Numbered from the whole stretch's first letter, positions 24,256 to 37,523 are shown. The stretch: 63,618 bases of DNA, filler included, from Octopus bimaculoides (GCF_001194135.2; 5 parts of 5 records of this genome joined end to end with filler, not necessarily neighbours in it); one strand, 5' to 3'. The notes: a model not told the origin generated them from the sequence alone. Translations and numbers: made by a program.

Positions 24256-24634
24256 AATATATTACCTACACACTCACACACATATATATGTTATATGTTC
24301 ATAAAAAATGTTATTTTTAATAAGAATTTATTTTTATTCATACTAATAAGGTATATCCAGTTGGGATTATTATTTTGTGTGCCGCAAAATTAATTCANNN
24401 NNNNNNNNNNNNNNNNNNNNNNNNNNNNNNNNNNNNNNNNNNNNNNNNNNNNNNNNNNNNNNNNNNNNNNNNNNNNNNNNNNNNNNNNNNNNNNNNNNNN
24501 NNNNNNNNNNNNNNNNNNNNNNNNNNNNNNNNNNNNNNNNNNNNNNNNNNNNNNNNNNNNNNNNNNNNNNNNNNNNNNNNNNNNNNNNNNNNNNNNNNNN
24601 NNNNNNNNNNNNNNNNNNNNNNNNNNNNNNNNNN

Positions 24635-24665
<31 letters not shown>

Positions 24666-25259
24666 ACACGGCAAAATATCGTCAATCGATTCTATACAAT
24701 CATAAATAATGGTGATCCTTCTTGTAAATGGAAAATTTCACTATGTCTAGCATAAAAAATAGTTTTGCCTAAGTTTTATAATCAATTACGCGAAGACAAA
24801 GAACATATTTGCATGCAATGCCAAGTAAGTACCATCTATTATATTTTAAGATAATATAAATGATAAAATGAAAATGAAATACATTTTTGCACATCAGCGA
24901 ATCATTCCACTATGGGTTAGTGAAAAGAAGACACCTATCTGGAATTATGTGTTTATACCCCCTGGAAAACATGGAAATTAAATCCAAAGCAAAAACGCAA
25001 TAACAAGTATAGAAGTAAACATACATGGACAACACTTGCGCACGCCTAAACACGCGCACACCTCTGCTTAGATTTACATATATATGATACGTATTCTCAA
25101 ACAATTCAGAATGTTTAAATAGTTCAACATACGACCGTCTATAAACTAAGGTTTCTATTTACATGATTAAGAGTATCAACTCTCTCAGCTGTATTCGTAA
25201 CATACGTAAGTAAATGTGCGCGTGTTACTGTGTGTTTTGTGCCTAATAGCTTTCATTGT

Positions 25260-25296
<37 letters not shown>

Positions 25297-25298
<2 letters not shown>

Positions 25299-26458
25299 CA
25301 TTTAAAATGCAGAGATGCCTATAATAGGACATCTACTCGCTAGNNNNNNNNNNNNNNNNNNNNNNNNNNNNNNNNNNNNNNNNNNNNNNNNNNNNNNNNN
25401 NNNNNNNNNNNNNNNNNNNNNNNNNNNNNNNNNNNNNNNNNNNNNNNNNNNNNNNNNNNNNNNNNNNNNNNNNNNNNNNNNNNNNNNNNNNNNNNNNNNN
25501 NNNNNNNNNNNNNNNNNNNNNNNNNNNNNNNNNNNNNNNNNNNNNNNNNNNNNNNNNNNNNNNNNNNNNNNNNNNNNNNNNNNNNNNNNNNNNNNNNNNN
25601 NNNNNNNNNNNNNNNNNNNNNNNNNNNNNNNNNNNNNNNNNNNNNNNNNNNNNNNNNNNNNNNNNNNNNNNNNNNNNNNNNNNNNNNNNNNNNNNNNNNN
25701 NNNNNNNNNNNNNNNNNNNNNNNNNNNNNNNNNNNNNNNNNNNNNNNNNNNNNNNNNNNNNNNNNNNNNNNNNNNNNNNNNNNNNNNNNNNNNNNNNNNN
25801 NNNNNNNNNNNNNNNNNNNNNNNNNNNNNNNNNNNNNNNNNNNNNNNNNNNNNNNNNNNNNNNNNNNNNNNNNNNNNNNNNNNNNNNNNNNNNNNNNNNN
25901 NNNNNNNNNNNNNNNNNNNNNNNNNNNNNNNNNNNNNNNNNNNNNNNNNNNNNNNNNNNNNNNNNNNNNNNNNNNNNNNNNNNNNNNNNNNNNNNNNNNN
26001 NNNNNNNNNNNNNNNNNNNNNNNNNNNNNNNNNNNNNNNNNNNNNNNNNNNNNNNNNNNNNNNNNNNNNNNNNNNNNNNNNNNNNNNNNNNNNNNNNNNN
26101 NNNNNNNNNNNNNNNNNNNNNNNNNNNNNNNNNNNNNNNNNNNNNNNNNNNNNNNNNNNNNNNNNNNNNNNNNNNNNNNNNNNNNNNNNNNNNNNNNNNN
26201 NNNNNNNNNNNNNNNNNNNNNNNNNNNNNNNNNNNNNNNNNNNNNNNNNNTCTGCTGACGATAGTCCGACCTTGTAAGATATATAATCTTTTTCTTACTA
26301 AAATTGACTTGAAACCATGGTACAGAATATAGATTGGTAAAAGTTTTTATTTTTCATTTCCTTTCGAAATTATCCCTAATTTTTGTGGTATATAGTCTTT
26401 TGCTGCTATTTCTAGCGAGTAGATGTCCTATTATAGGCATCTCTGCATTTTAAATGAA
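25297..26458. repeat. Perfect 47-bp inverted repeat flanking a gap
   Basis: 25297-25343 is the exact reverse complement of 26412-26458. Confidence 0.85.
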
Positions 26459-27026
26459 TAATACATAGTCTATTGACTGTTTTTTTACTCTCGCTAGACC
26501 ACTGGTGGTAAATAAAATTTCTAAAATTTTTGTGCTACCCTATAATTTATTAATATATATATATATATGCATTTTTTACTTATGCGCCCTTTTTAAAGCC
26601 TAGCCAGGTTCATGGGCCCGGTGTTCCGGTTTCTATGGCGTATGCGTTCAAGTAAAACAGTAAAAGAGTAAGTATAAACTGAAAATTAATAAACACCCGG
26701 ATCGTTATGACTAAACGCATCAGTCTTCTCCTAATCATGATTATACCCGTAACATATATTGGACTTATTTCAGTTATACTTACTATCTGTGCAGAAATAC
26801 TTTGTATTTTTGTAAACACTAGAAACTTTGCAAGACATCAAACTCCTAGAATTACACCGAAGTGAAGAATGTTTAAATGAACAATCAAAAGTTATCATTG
26901 AACATAAACTAACGCATAGCTTCAAAAACACAACTTCCAATCAAAATAAAAGCGTCGATTTGGACAGTAGTAGTAGTAGTATTAGTAGTGGTAGTGGTGG
27001 TGGTGGTGGTGGTGGTGGTGGTAGTG

Positions 27027-27079
<53 letters not shown>

Positions 27080-27876
27080 NNNNNNNNNNNNNNNNNNNNN
27101 NNNNNNNNNNNNNNNNNNNNNNNNNNNNNNNNNNNNNNNNNNNNNNNNNNNNNNNNNNNNNNNNNNNNNNNNNNNNNNNNNNNNNNNNNNNNNNNNNNNN
27201 NNNNNNNNNNNNNNNNNNNNNNNNNNNNNNNNNNNNNNNNNNNNNNNNNNNNNNNNNNNNNNNNNNNNNNNNNNNNNNNNNNNNNNNNNNNNNNNNNNNN
27301 NNNNNNNNNNNNNNNNNNNNNNNNNNNNNNNNNNNNNNNNNNNNNNNNNNNNNNNNNNNNNNNNNNNNNNNNNNNNNNNNNNNNNNNNNNNNNNNNNNNN
27401 NNNNNNNNNNNNNNNNNNNNNNNNNNNNNNNNNNNNNNNNNNNNNNNNNNNNNNNNNNNNNNNNNNNNNNNNNNNNNNNNNNNNNNNNNNNNNNNNNNNN
27501 NNNNNNNNNNNNNNNNNNNNNNNNNNNNNNNNNNNNNNNNNNNNNNNNNNNNNNNNNNNNNNNNNNNNNNNNNNNNNNNNNNNNNNNNNNNNNNNNNNNN
27601 NNNNNNNNNNNNNNNNNNNNNNNNNNNNNNNNNNNNNNNNNNNNNNNNNNNNNNNNNNNNNNNNNNNNNNNNNNNNNNNNNNNNNNNNNNNNNNNNNNNN
27701 NNNNNNNNNNNNNNNNNNNNNNNNNNNNNNNNNNNNNNNNNNNNNNNNNNNNNNNNNNNNNNNNNNNNNNNNNNNNNNNNNNNNNNNNNNNNNNNNNNNN
27801 NNNNNNNNNNNNNNNNNNNNNNNNNNNNNNNNNNNNNNNNNNNNNNNNNNNNNNNNNNNNNNNNNNNNNNNNNNNN

Positions 27877-28100
27877 GCTGACTCTTTGAATTACAGGCAC
27901 AACAGAAATAGGAAGTAAGAGTGAGAGAAAGTTGTGTTGAAAGAGTACAGCAGGGTTCGCCACCATCCCCTGCCGTAGCCTCGTGGAGCTTTTAAGTGTT
28001 TTCGCTCAATAAACACTCACAATGCCCAGTCTGGGAATCGAAACTGCGACCCTATGACCGCGTGTCTGCTGCCCTAACCACTGGGCCATTGCGCCTCCAC
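27877..28100 (-). mobile_element. SINE family A, copy 2 (truncated by gap)
   Basis: Collinear with 4200-4435. Confidence 0.9.
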
Positions 28101-28516
28101 TGCCTTGATATATACAGCAGCAATAACATTGCTGTCCTACAACAAGGTGATATGGTGGCACAATGAAGGCAATGGTAAATATCAAGAGCCGGATTGGGAT
28201 CACGTCTTGCACGATAAATTCTGTTTCTTTGAAGAACCGTCTTGCAGTTTATCATAGTTACAAAGTGCATCATTAACCACAAATCCATAAACTCAGAAAC
28301 ATTTAAAGAACAAATAGAGAAGCAATCTAAATCTAAAGCCTGATCCTCAAACCTTTGGGAAAGAACATCATTAGGATAAATGATGGAGTTAGGGAGAGAC
28401 ATGGGACAAGACACAACGAAGTACTCTTTTGTAATTACATTGGTAAATTGCGTCTATAACAACAACGACAAAAAAGAACAAAAAAAAAAACGAGGATAGG
28501 CGCTTTGCACGAATTC

Positions 28517-28918
28517 CAGTGTTCTCCAATCATTTCTTACCTTTAGACACCCTTTGATTACTATTTTCTTCTAGTTGACCCCCTTAGCCATTCAATTTAT
28601 AAAAAAAACAGTTTTATAGTCATGTCTTTCAAAATTCCTATATCGTTTTTCACATGATCACTTATGTAGATTTGCAATAGGATTCTCAAACAGAACGTGT
28701 TTCAGTGGCCGTGAACATATTAAGTAAAAGATATAAGTAAAGCATGACAAACAGAAACCTAGCTATTTCTTGGAATATAGACATATCGAAGCAAAATTGT
28801 TCATGGAGCCTTAAATACTACCACGAATCTCCAAAGTTATTGTTTTACTTGAATGGGCCCACAAAAATCTTATATGGAGACCTAGCCGTGATATGGACTC
28901 CGATATTGAGAACCACTG
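28517..28918 (+). mobile_element. hAT MITE, copy 2
   Basis: CAGTGTTCTCCAATC...TGAGAACCACTG termini; internal motifs shared with 50570-50884. Confidence 0.7.
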
Positions 28919-29124
28919 CTTTATGCCATAGGGGCGGGGGGGATAAATCAAATGAACCGGTTGGTATAAGAAGTCCAATAAATCTAACTTTAAATCACTT
29001 TTTAATAAATCCGACAACGGAAGAAAGCACTAAAAATGTAAATAGAATGTAAATAAAAGTATATATAATCATCCAATATTCTGACTAATTATGCTTAAAT
29101 ATATGTATGTAATACATACATAGA

Positions 29125-29156
<32 letters not shown>

Positions 29157-29307
29157 AATATATATATATATATGTAGGAGAGTATTGTAGTTCGCTTGAA
29201 GCATTGTGTATTGTTTGTAAAGAATAAAAAGTTTAGGAAGGTATAACAATGCACTATAGGACAAAAAATGGACTGTATACTTGTTGTAACTTGGTAAACT
29301 ATAGTCC

Positions 29308-29343
29308 GATGATATTTCGGAATTAGAATTCCTTCTTCAGATC
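29308..29343 (-). ncRNA. Minimal type I hammerhead motif
   Basis: GAU-CUGAAGA-A-GGAAU-UCUA-AUUCC-GAAA-UA-UC-AUC; intact core, AUAU palindromic stem III, 3-bp stem I. Confidence 0.6.
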
Positions 29344-29397
29344 TTATTTGCTGGAGTCTCTGCTACAAACTGTTTTCCAACGGTTTTTCTTTTTTCT

Positions 29398-29497
29398 NNN
29401 NNNNNNNNNNNNNNNNNNNNNNNNNNNNNNNNNNNNNNNNNTTAATTAATTAANNNNNNNNNNNNNNNNNNNNNNNNNNNNNNNNNNNNNNNNNNNN
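29398..29497. other. Artificial scaffold spacer 2
   Basis: 44N-TTAATTAATTAA-44N. Confidence 0.95.
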
Positions 29498-29518
29498 AGA
29501 GAGAGGAGATAAGAGAGC

Positions 29519-29600
29519 TGGGGAGAAAGAGAGGTGGGGAGAAAGAGAGGTGGGGAGAAAGAGAGGTGGGGAGAAAGAGAGGTGGGGAGAAAGAGAGGGG
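29519..29600 (+). repeat. 16-bp minisatellite (GGGGAGAAAGAGAGGT), about 5 units
   Basis: Direct reading. Confidence 0.85.
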
Positions 29601-29931
29601 AAAGATATTAAGAAAGTGAAAGAGAAAATTCAATTGAGGAAGAAAATTCCAGAAATATTTCAGCTGGGACCTTCCCATTTCTCAATAATGTGAAACAAAG
29701 GCGAGATTTAGCTGCTATTTGTGATAAATCAAGTAAACACAGGGTTATCCCTATCAGCTTGTATCAACACTGTGGAACTCCCAAGCAGGCCATTTCTGCC
29801 ACAGAAGTTCTAATTCTTGTGAAGAGAGCATAAGAAGGAGACAGAAAGTTCTAGATATTAAGAAATAATATTATTTAATTTCTATGTCTAAAGAATTTCT
29901 AATGGTAGGTTTCTTTCAGTTTCTGCCTTAA

Positions 29932-30247
29932 AAATTAACGTGCAAGTGGCTGAGCACTCCACAGACACGTGTACCCTTAACGTAGTTCTTGGGGAGATTC
30001 AGCGTGATACAGTGTGTGATAAGGCTGGACCTTTGAATTACAGGCACAACAGAAACAGGAAGTAAGAGTGAGAGAAAGTTGTGGTGGAAGAGTACAGCAG
30101 GGTTCGCCACCATCCCCTGCCGGAGCCTCGTGGAGCTTTTAGGTGTTTTCGCTCAATAAACACTCACAATGCCCGGTCTGGGAATCGAAACCGCGATCGT
30201 ATGACCGCGAGTCCGCTGTCCTAACTACTGGGCCATTGCACCTCCAC
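29932..30247 (-). mobile_element. SINE family A, copy 3, nested in a decayed family B SINE
   Basis: Family B TTTCTTTCAGTTTC at about 29910 resumes at 30248-30390. Confidence 0.85.
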
Positions 30248-30618
30248 AGTTTCCATCTATCAAAATTCATTCAGAAGACATTGGTCAGTGCAAAGCCTTA
30301 GTTGAAGACAAATGCTCAAGGTGCCAAACAGGGGAATTGAACCTGAGACGAAATGGGTGAAAAATGAAATTCTTAATTATGCAGCTGTGCTCATAAGGTG
30401 TGTTTAAGAAGCTATTTCTTGCAGACTATATTTAGTATCTTCCAAAGAATTGAAACACCCAGTGTAATCCATTCTGAGCAAAATCTATTTCTAGGGTTTT
30501 GCAGGAAAATAAATTCCCAAAATAAATTAGAAATCTTGTTAGAAACATTCCCCACTGCTCTTCGAAGATCTCCATAGATTAAAACTGTTTCCAGGCAGTA
30601 ATTAACTCATAATGAATG

Positions 30619-30648
30619 TTAGAAGCTTCGTTGTTGACTGCTAATGGA
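30619..30648 (-). CDS. Candidate terminal exon of an unidentified gene (SISSQQRSF*)
   Basis: Long pyrimidine tract + AACAG acceptor; an alternative frame reads PLAVNNEASNIHYELITAWKQF*. No homology recognised. Confidence 0.25.
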   Translation of the reverse strand, partial: SISSQQRSF

Positions 30649-30934
30649 CTGTTAATTGTTAAAAAAAAGAGGGAAGTAAAAAGAAAAAAGGGAGGAATAA
30701 CGAGCAGGAGGTTAGAATCGTGATGTGGACATTTTAACTGCTTAATGGTGATAGCGTATTTATGAGAAATACTCAGGTTATTTTAGTGAAACATTAAATG
30801 CTATAGAATTGGAAGCTGTCTTGTGTTATATAAAAATCAATATCTAAGTTAGAAGATGTTTGGTTAAAACAAGTCAGAAAAAGAAAGAAAAACAAAAACA
30901 AAACTGGAGAAATAATTATATATATATATATATC

Positions 30935-31222
30935 ATCATCGTCATCGTCGTTTAACATCTGCTTTCCATGCTAGCATGGGTTGGACGATTTGACTGAGGA
31001 CTGGTGAACCAGATGGCTACACCAGGCTCCAATCTGATTTGGTTGAGTTTCTACAGCTGGATGCCCTTCCTAACGCCAACCACTCCGAGAGTGTAGTGGG
31101 TGCTTTTACATGCCACTGGCACGAAGGCCAGTCAGGAGGTACTGGCAATGGCCATGCTCAAAATGGTGTTGGCAACGAACTCGCTCGAATGTCTTTTCAC
31201 GTGCCACTGGCACAAGTGCCAG
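30935..31222 (-). mobile_element. RTE-derived non-autonomous repeat D with internal tandem units
   Basis: CATCATCGTTTAAC.TC.GCTTTCCATGCTAGCATGGGTTGG..GGATGCCCTTCCTAACGCCAACC; other copies at 33395-33780, 33985-34110, 36790-37030, 43648-44170, 45640-45830(+), 48835-49052. Confidence 0.75.
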
Positions 31223-31462
31223 NNNNNNNNNNTATATATATATATGGCTGTGTTTAAGAGATTCACTATATATGTACAGATATAAATAGCAGCATGTGTA
31301 TCATACTGAAAGCATAAACAACATTGAAAGCCTACAAATTCATGTGTACATCTAGCATCTCTTATAGACATATAGTGATAAAAAACACAGAAATGCATCA
31401 ACATCAGATAGAAATCACTTAGTGGTAGCACTGTTAAATGTGTGTGTGTGTTTGTGTGTGCA

Positions 31463-31503
<41 letters not shown>

Positions 31504-31731
31504 CATACACACATGCATATAGGTGCATGTGTGTATATGTATATGAATATATGTCTGTATTTGTATGCCTATATACATACATATCTTTGTGTGTGTATAT
31601 GCATATGTTCCTTATGGATTCAAAAAGTGAGTTGCTGATTTTGACATATGAGATATCAAAACATTCAGTAATCTTTTGGCTACCAAATAACATATGGTTT
31701 TTGTGCAACACATTTTTACTACAAAAATAAC

Positions 31732-31807
31732 CTTGAAAACGAGGTCAGGTTGCACATTTTGAGGTCTTAAGCCAAGGGAAGCAACTCTGCCTTCACAATC
31801 TTTATGT
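31732..31807 (-). CDS. Candidate internal exon (HKDCEGRVASLGLRPQNVQPDLVFK)
   Basis: TAAG acceptor and GTTATT donor; only one open frame (phase 2 to 0). No homology recognised. Confidence 0.3.
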
Positions 31808-32035
31808 CTTAGAGCATAATGAGAAAATGTTTAAAGTACATGGAGTTTCACTAGGGAATGAAACTTCAAAGATATAACATAGCAGTTCAGCAAAAGATAT
31901 CAATAAAATAAGTACCAGGCTTAGAAAAAATAATAAAATAAAAGTACTGGGGATCCATTCATTCGGCTTAAATTCTTCATGGTGGTGCCCCAGTATGGCC
32001 GCAGTCTAATGGCTGAAACAGTTAAAGATGTGTGT

Positions 32036-32084
<49 letters not shown>

Positions 32085-32669
32085 TTATAGAAGGATTTAG
32101 AATTCGAGAAGAGTCTTTGACATAACAGTTTATTTAATTTTAGACAAGAATAAATGCATGCAGAAGGTAATTTCATGAGCATATTCATTTATGCAGATGC
32201 ATGACATCTCTATCAAGATGCACATGTGCACATGGAACTGGGGATATTTGTATATGTATATATATATATATTTATATATACATACACATGTATGTATGTA
32301 AGTACATATGTATGGATTATGGATGGCTGTGTTGATATGTTTGTATAGACACACATACACGTGTGCGTGTGCGTGCGTGCGTGTGTATATATATATATAT
32401 ATGTATCGGCACATGAATTACTCTGTTACTACTGCTGTCTATCAATAAAATAATGTATATATACTCATGTTTTAACATTTGTGCTTGTCTTATCATGCCA
32501 ATGTGTGTGTGTGTGTGTGTGTGTATGCATACATGGTTATGCCAGTGTTTATATATTATATTATGTATATGTGTATGTACAGAGATATGTGTCTGGGTAT
32601 AAGTATATATATAAAAATCTATCTATCTATATATATATGTTTGGGACACATACATTTGCCTATATATGT

Positions 32670-32720
<51 letters not shown>

Positions 32721-33082
32721 GACATAGCAAGGTGAATTTCGTACAATTTACTCTTTCTAAACATTACTCAACAATTTTAATGTTTTTTATACATTTTCGT
32801 AATTTTTTTCTCTTTCTACTGACTTCCAAAACCAATTTGTTTTAGGAAAGAGACATCCTCAAATGCGTTTAACCATACAACATTAATAGTAAATATTTTA
32901 TTGATGACACTAGAGATATGGAGAGCAATGCATAAATACATAACATTCATATATTCATACATACATTTATACATACATGCTTTCATATATACATACATTT
33001 ATACATACATTCATGCATACATACATACATACTTATGTAGAGATAGAATACAGACAGATAGATAAATAGATAGTAGATACAA

Positions 33083-33134
<52 letters not shown>

Positions 33135-33394
33135 ACATGGATGTACACGTAACAACAACAATCATCATCATCATCATTGTTATCATTATTATTATTATGA
33201 TTGTTATTACAAAGATGCTGGTAATCTAATTACTCTTTGCCCGAAAGCACAAATACATGTCTAAATCTCAAGGGTCTATGCGGACAGATAGGTCTACAAG
33301 AAAGATAAAGTGTATACAGTGTCACAGCAAAATGACGTTAATAGCTTGTGTATGTGTGTGTGTGTGCGTGCATGTACATATATTATCATCATCG

Positions 33395-33780
33395 TCATCA
33401 TCATCATCATCATCGTCGTTTAACATCCGCTTTCCATGCTAGCATGGGTTGGACAATTTGACTGGAGGACGGCTGAAACCGGATGGCTACACCAGGCTCC
33501 AATCTAAATTTGGCAGAGTTTCTACAGCTGGATGCCCTTCCTAACGCCAACCACTCAGAGAGTGTAGTGGGTGCTTTTACGTGTCACCCGCGCGGAAACG
33601 GCCATGCTCGAAATGGTGTCTTTTATGTGCCACCCGCACAAGCCAGTCCAGGGGCACTGGCAACGATCTCACTCGAAAATCCTACGGGAGCCAGTCAGGC
33701 GGTACTGGCAACGGCCACGCTCAAAATGGTGCATCTCATGTGCCACCCGCACAAGAGCCAGTCCAGGGGCACTGGCACAG
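33395..33780 (-). mobile_element. Repeat D copy
   Basis: Same head, tail and internal tandem units as 43648-43960. Confidence 0.8.
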
Positions 33781-34199
33781 CACATTTCCAAAAGTCTCGT
33801 AATATCGCACTTCACTGCAATTGCTGTAATCACAAGCAGACATCACAACCACTAGTTTTGCATCTGCGTTTTCCAAGCTGGTAGCGGTTAGATGAGACAT
33901 TTCAAAGCAATATTCTCCATACAGATGCTTTTCCTGTTGCTAACCCTACCTTCTTTCCAACTAGTATGATTTATATATACATATATATCATCATCATCAT
34001 TTAGCATCTGCTTTCCATGTTGGCATGGGTTGGACAGTTTGACTGAAACTTGCAAGCAAGAGAGCTGCACCAGGTTCCAGTCTTATTTAGCATGGTTTCT
34101 ACAGCTGGATGCTCTTCCGAACACCATTGAAAAAATATGCAATGCTTCAGGAATTTGTGTGTAATGTTGTTGGCACTCCGTCACTCTGCCCAGAGTTAC

Positions 34200-34228
34200 C
34201 TCTCTTTCATGTTTCCCATTGATAATGG
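34200..34228 (-). CDS. Candidate 29-nt exon (PLSMGNMKE[R])
   Basis: TTTTCTTGCTCTTTAG acceptor and GAG|GTAACT donor. Confidence 0.3.
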
Positions 34229-34400
34229 CTAAAGAGCAAGAAAAGTTGTCTGGGAATCTGATAGGGGACAACACTGAGCAGATATAGTGTTTTTACACTT
34301 CCTACCATAAAAGAGAATGTTTTTCTCCATGGTAACTGCAGTGAATTTACCTTTAGAAGCTGAATTATATCACAAACATTTTTGACCAACATAAAGTTCA

Positions 34401-34450
<50 letters not shown>

Positions 34451-34455
34451 TACAT

Positions 34456-34492
<37 letters not shown>

Positions 34493-34925
34493 NNNNNNNN
34501 NNNNNNNNNNNNNNNNNNNNNNNNNNNNNNNNNNNNNNNNNNNNNNNNNNNNNNNNNNNNNNNNNNNNNNNNNNNNNNNNNNNNNNNNNNNNNNNNNNNN
34601 NNNNNNNNNNNNNNNNNNNNNNNNNNNNNNNNNNNNNNNNNNNNNNNNNNNNNNNNNNNNNNNNNNNNNNNNNNNNNNNNNNNNNNNNNNNNNNNNNNNN
34701 NNNNNNNNNNNNNNNNNNNNNNNNNNNNNNNNNNNNNNNNNNNNNNNNNNNNNNNNNNNNNNNNNNNNNNNNNNNNNNNNNNNNNNNNNNNNNNNNNNNN
34801 NNNNNNNNNNNNNNNNNNNNNNNNNNNNNNNNNNNNNNNNNNNNNNNNNNNNNNNNNNNNNNNNNNNNNNNNNNNNNNNNNNNNNNNNNNNNNNNNNNNN
34901 NNNNNNNNNNNNNNNNNNNNNNNNN

Positions 34926-34968
<43 letters not shown>

Positions 34969-35182
34969 TGTTGAGGCATTTCACTCCCAGCTGTTCCTTC
35001 CTGTTACTAATCCTCATCTCTGTTTTCAAGTAAAAGCTCTCTTATCTCCCATGCCTTCAAAGGCATGATGCCAACGAACATTTTGTCAATGGGACAATTG
35101 ACAAAAACAACTAAACTATCAACAACGGCAACAACAACACTGCTTGCAGCTTGTGCGTTTTGTAGAGTGCAAATAGAAGCAA

Positions 35183-35400
35183 TCATTCTAACTCACACAG
35201 GTGTGTTAGAATGATAACAGAACCGACCAGCATTAGACTTTTTGGCTTGATTCCCAGGTGTGGCCATCCAAGACTGGGGACATTATCCAACCCATTCTCT
35301 CTTGGTCTATCCCTAGGTCTTCTGCTGGTTCGCTTGGCTAGAAGGGTCCAACTTGCAGTTCTTTCCTGCAACTTTCTAATCGCATGTTCGTAATACTGGA
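35183..35400 (-). mobile_element. Rex3/Expander-like RTE LINE C-terminal fragment
   Basis: QYYEHAIRKLQERTASWTLLAKRTSRRPRDRPRENGLDNVPSLGWPHLGIKP resembles GRRPRGRPRTRW.D....LAW.RLGIPP. Confidence 0.75.
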
Positions 35401-35548
35401 GTTCTGCCTACCTGTTTGTCCATATCTGCCCATCCATCCATCCATCCATCCAGCTACCTGCCTGCCTGTTCGTCATCCTGTTTACTTGTCTGCCTCTACA
35501 CCATGCTACCCATTCATCTGCCTCTTGACCTGTCAGCACATCTATCTA

Positions 35549-35609
<61 letters not shown>

Positions 35610-35727
35610 ATATATATATGCCTGCCTGCCTGCCTGTCTGTCTGTTTGTCTATCTATCTATCTATCTATCTATCAATCTATCTATCTATCTATCTATCTG
35701 TCTGTGTGTCTGTCAATCTACCTGCCA

Positions 35728-35759
<32 letters not shown>

Positions 35760-35880
35760 CTCAGTCAGTCTGTCTGTCTGTCTATCAATCAATCAGTCAA
35801 TCTATCTATCTATCTGTCTGTCTGTCCGTCTGTCTGTCTGTCTGTCTGTCTGTCTAATCCATTCACTCATCCATCCTCCC
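35400..35880. repeat. Compound (TCTG)n/(TCTA)n/(TCAG)n microsatellite
   Basis: Direct reading. Confidence 0.9.
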
Positions 35881-35932
35881 ACCCACTCATCTATCTATTT
35901 TCTCTGCCCACCATTCCCCAAAGAACTGTGGG

Positions 35933-36100
35933 TGTAGAGTCCTCAGTCATCTCCTCCACAGGGTCCTATCAGAAGCAGCCTTCACCAGATTTTTCCTGCT
36001 GGATTCCTAAGCACCACCAACCGAGACCATAGCCATTATCCAATCATCTCATTCTTGGACTTGCCCTGGCTTTCCTCTCAGTATGTAGAATAAGAGTGTT
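35933..36100 (-). mobile_element. Second Rex3/Expander-like RTE fragment
   Basis: ERKARASPRMR*LDNGYGLGWWCLGIQ / NLVKAASDRTLWRR. Confidence 0.65.
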
Positions 36101-36221
36101 TTCTTGTTTCCATTTGATAAAATCCTCACATTTACAAGACGATAATTCCTGCATATTAATATTCACCAGAGGATTGATTAGAACGAAACAAAGATGAAAC
36201 ATGAATGAAGCTGGTTAAATG

Positions 36222-36492
36222 GTTGTTGGCACTCCGTCACTTACGACGTCGAGGGATCCAGTTGATCTGATCAACGGAACAGCCTGCCCGTGAAATTAAC
36301 GTGCAAGTGGCTGAGCACACCACAGACACGTATGATGAAAGAGTACAGCAGGGTTCGCCACCATCCCCTGCCCGAGCCTCGTGGAGCTTTTAGGTGTTTT
36401 CGCTCAATAAACATTCACAACGCCCGGGTCTAGGAATCAAAACCGCGATCCTATGACTGCGAGTCCGCTGCCCTAACCACTAGGCCATTGTG
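36222..36492 (-). mobile_element. SINE family A, copy 4, with an internal deletion
   Basis: Lacks the central part of the consensus; flanked by TAAATGGT at 36216-36223 and 36494-36501 (TSD-like). Confidence 0.85.
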
Positions 36493-37069
36493 CTAAATGG
36501 TAACAGAGTCAAAACAACACAAACAATCACAGACATTATTTAATCAATATGCAGGTAGCATTGATGGATTCATAGTCATCAATAATGGTGAAAGAAGAAA
36601 AAAAAAATAGCTACTGGTTAGGAAATGAATAAAAAATGTGAAATATTTTATGAATGGAACAATGGAAACAATATTGTGAAAGAACACTGGTTGATAACAC
36701 ATGTGCATAAAAATAAATATAGGCCACTTTTAATGGTGTGGGTTGATTGTCCGATCAGTAAGGTTTACACACCACCACAACATAATCATCATCATCATCT
36801 TCATAATTATTGTTGATCCATTTCTCCATGTTTGCATGAACTGGGTGGAATTTGTTAAGGCAGATTTTTCTATGGCCGGATGCCCTTCCTGTCACCAACC
36901 CTCACCTGTATCCAAGTGAGGTAATGTTTTTCACCTAAGCTAGATGTGTTTTACACAGAAGACTGGAAATAAACAATGACGTTGCTTGTATGACACCAAT
37001 GCTTTTTTTATAACCATCACCTGATGTTTAGACAAGGGTACATGCACACACACATACACACATGTATGT

Positions 37070-37523
37070 ATGTATTAGAATGAAGGATAGCAGGATTCCT
37101 AAGCAGATGCTCTATGGAGAACTTGTGAACAGAAGGAGACTCCGGCAGAAATCAAGGTTGCGCTTTAAGGACTGTGTCAAGTCCTCATTAAAGGCCTGTG
37201 ATATGCAGGACACTGACTGGGAGAACAATGCCTGTCATCGCCACGGATGGAGGAAGCAGGTTAAGGAGGGGATCAACACTTTTGAGAGAGCACGTATCCA
37301 GCATGAAGAACTTAAGTGAGCTGTGCGAAAGCGCATGGCTTGTATAGTGAATGGGGAAAGCTTGGTCTGCAATGTTTGCAGTTGTGTATGCTTGTCAAGA
37401 GCAGGGCTCATTAGCCACCAACGGAGCCGCAAATGCAAAATATAAGTTAGTCCTAGAGCGCACAATGTCCCTGAAGGTCGGCAATGGTTTTCCTCAGTCA
37501 CAAGTGGACGGCCATCATCATCA
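37070..37523 (+). mobile_element. BovB-like RTE LINE 3' fragment with a C-terminal C2H2 finger
   Basis: RMKDSRIPKQMLYGELV..RLRFKDCVK..W..NACHRHGWRKQVKEG..*..CNVCSCVCLSRAGLISHQR; (CAT)n tail. Confidence 0.85.

Larger units (their letters stand above)
21338..24397 (+). mobile_element. Degenerate Buster/Charlie-type hAT transposon with nested SINEs
   Basis: 5' end CAGTGTCTGCCACACTGTGAGCCGCCGCAC..GTGCCGCGAAA after ATTTAGCA; 3' subterminal TGTGTGCCGCAAAA runs into a gap. Confidence 0.75.

Noticed and set aside
28052-28414. 120-aa minus-strand ORF
   Set aside because: It runs into a SINE; no recognisable motif or convincing splice signals.
33234-33293. Extra 60-nt minus exon (PICPHRPLRFRHVFVLSGK) that fits the proposed chain
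   Set aside because: It is frame-neutral, so phase gives no support; no homology. This shows how easily such exons arise by chance.
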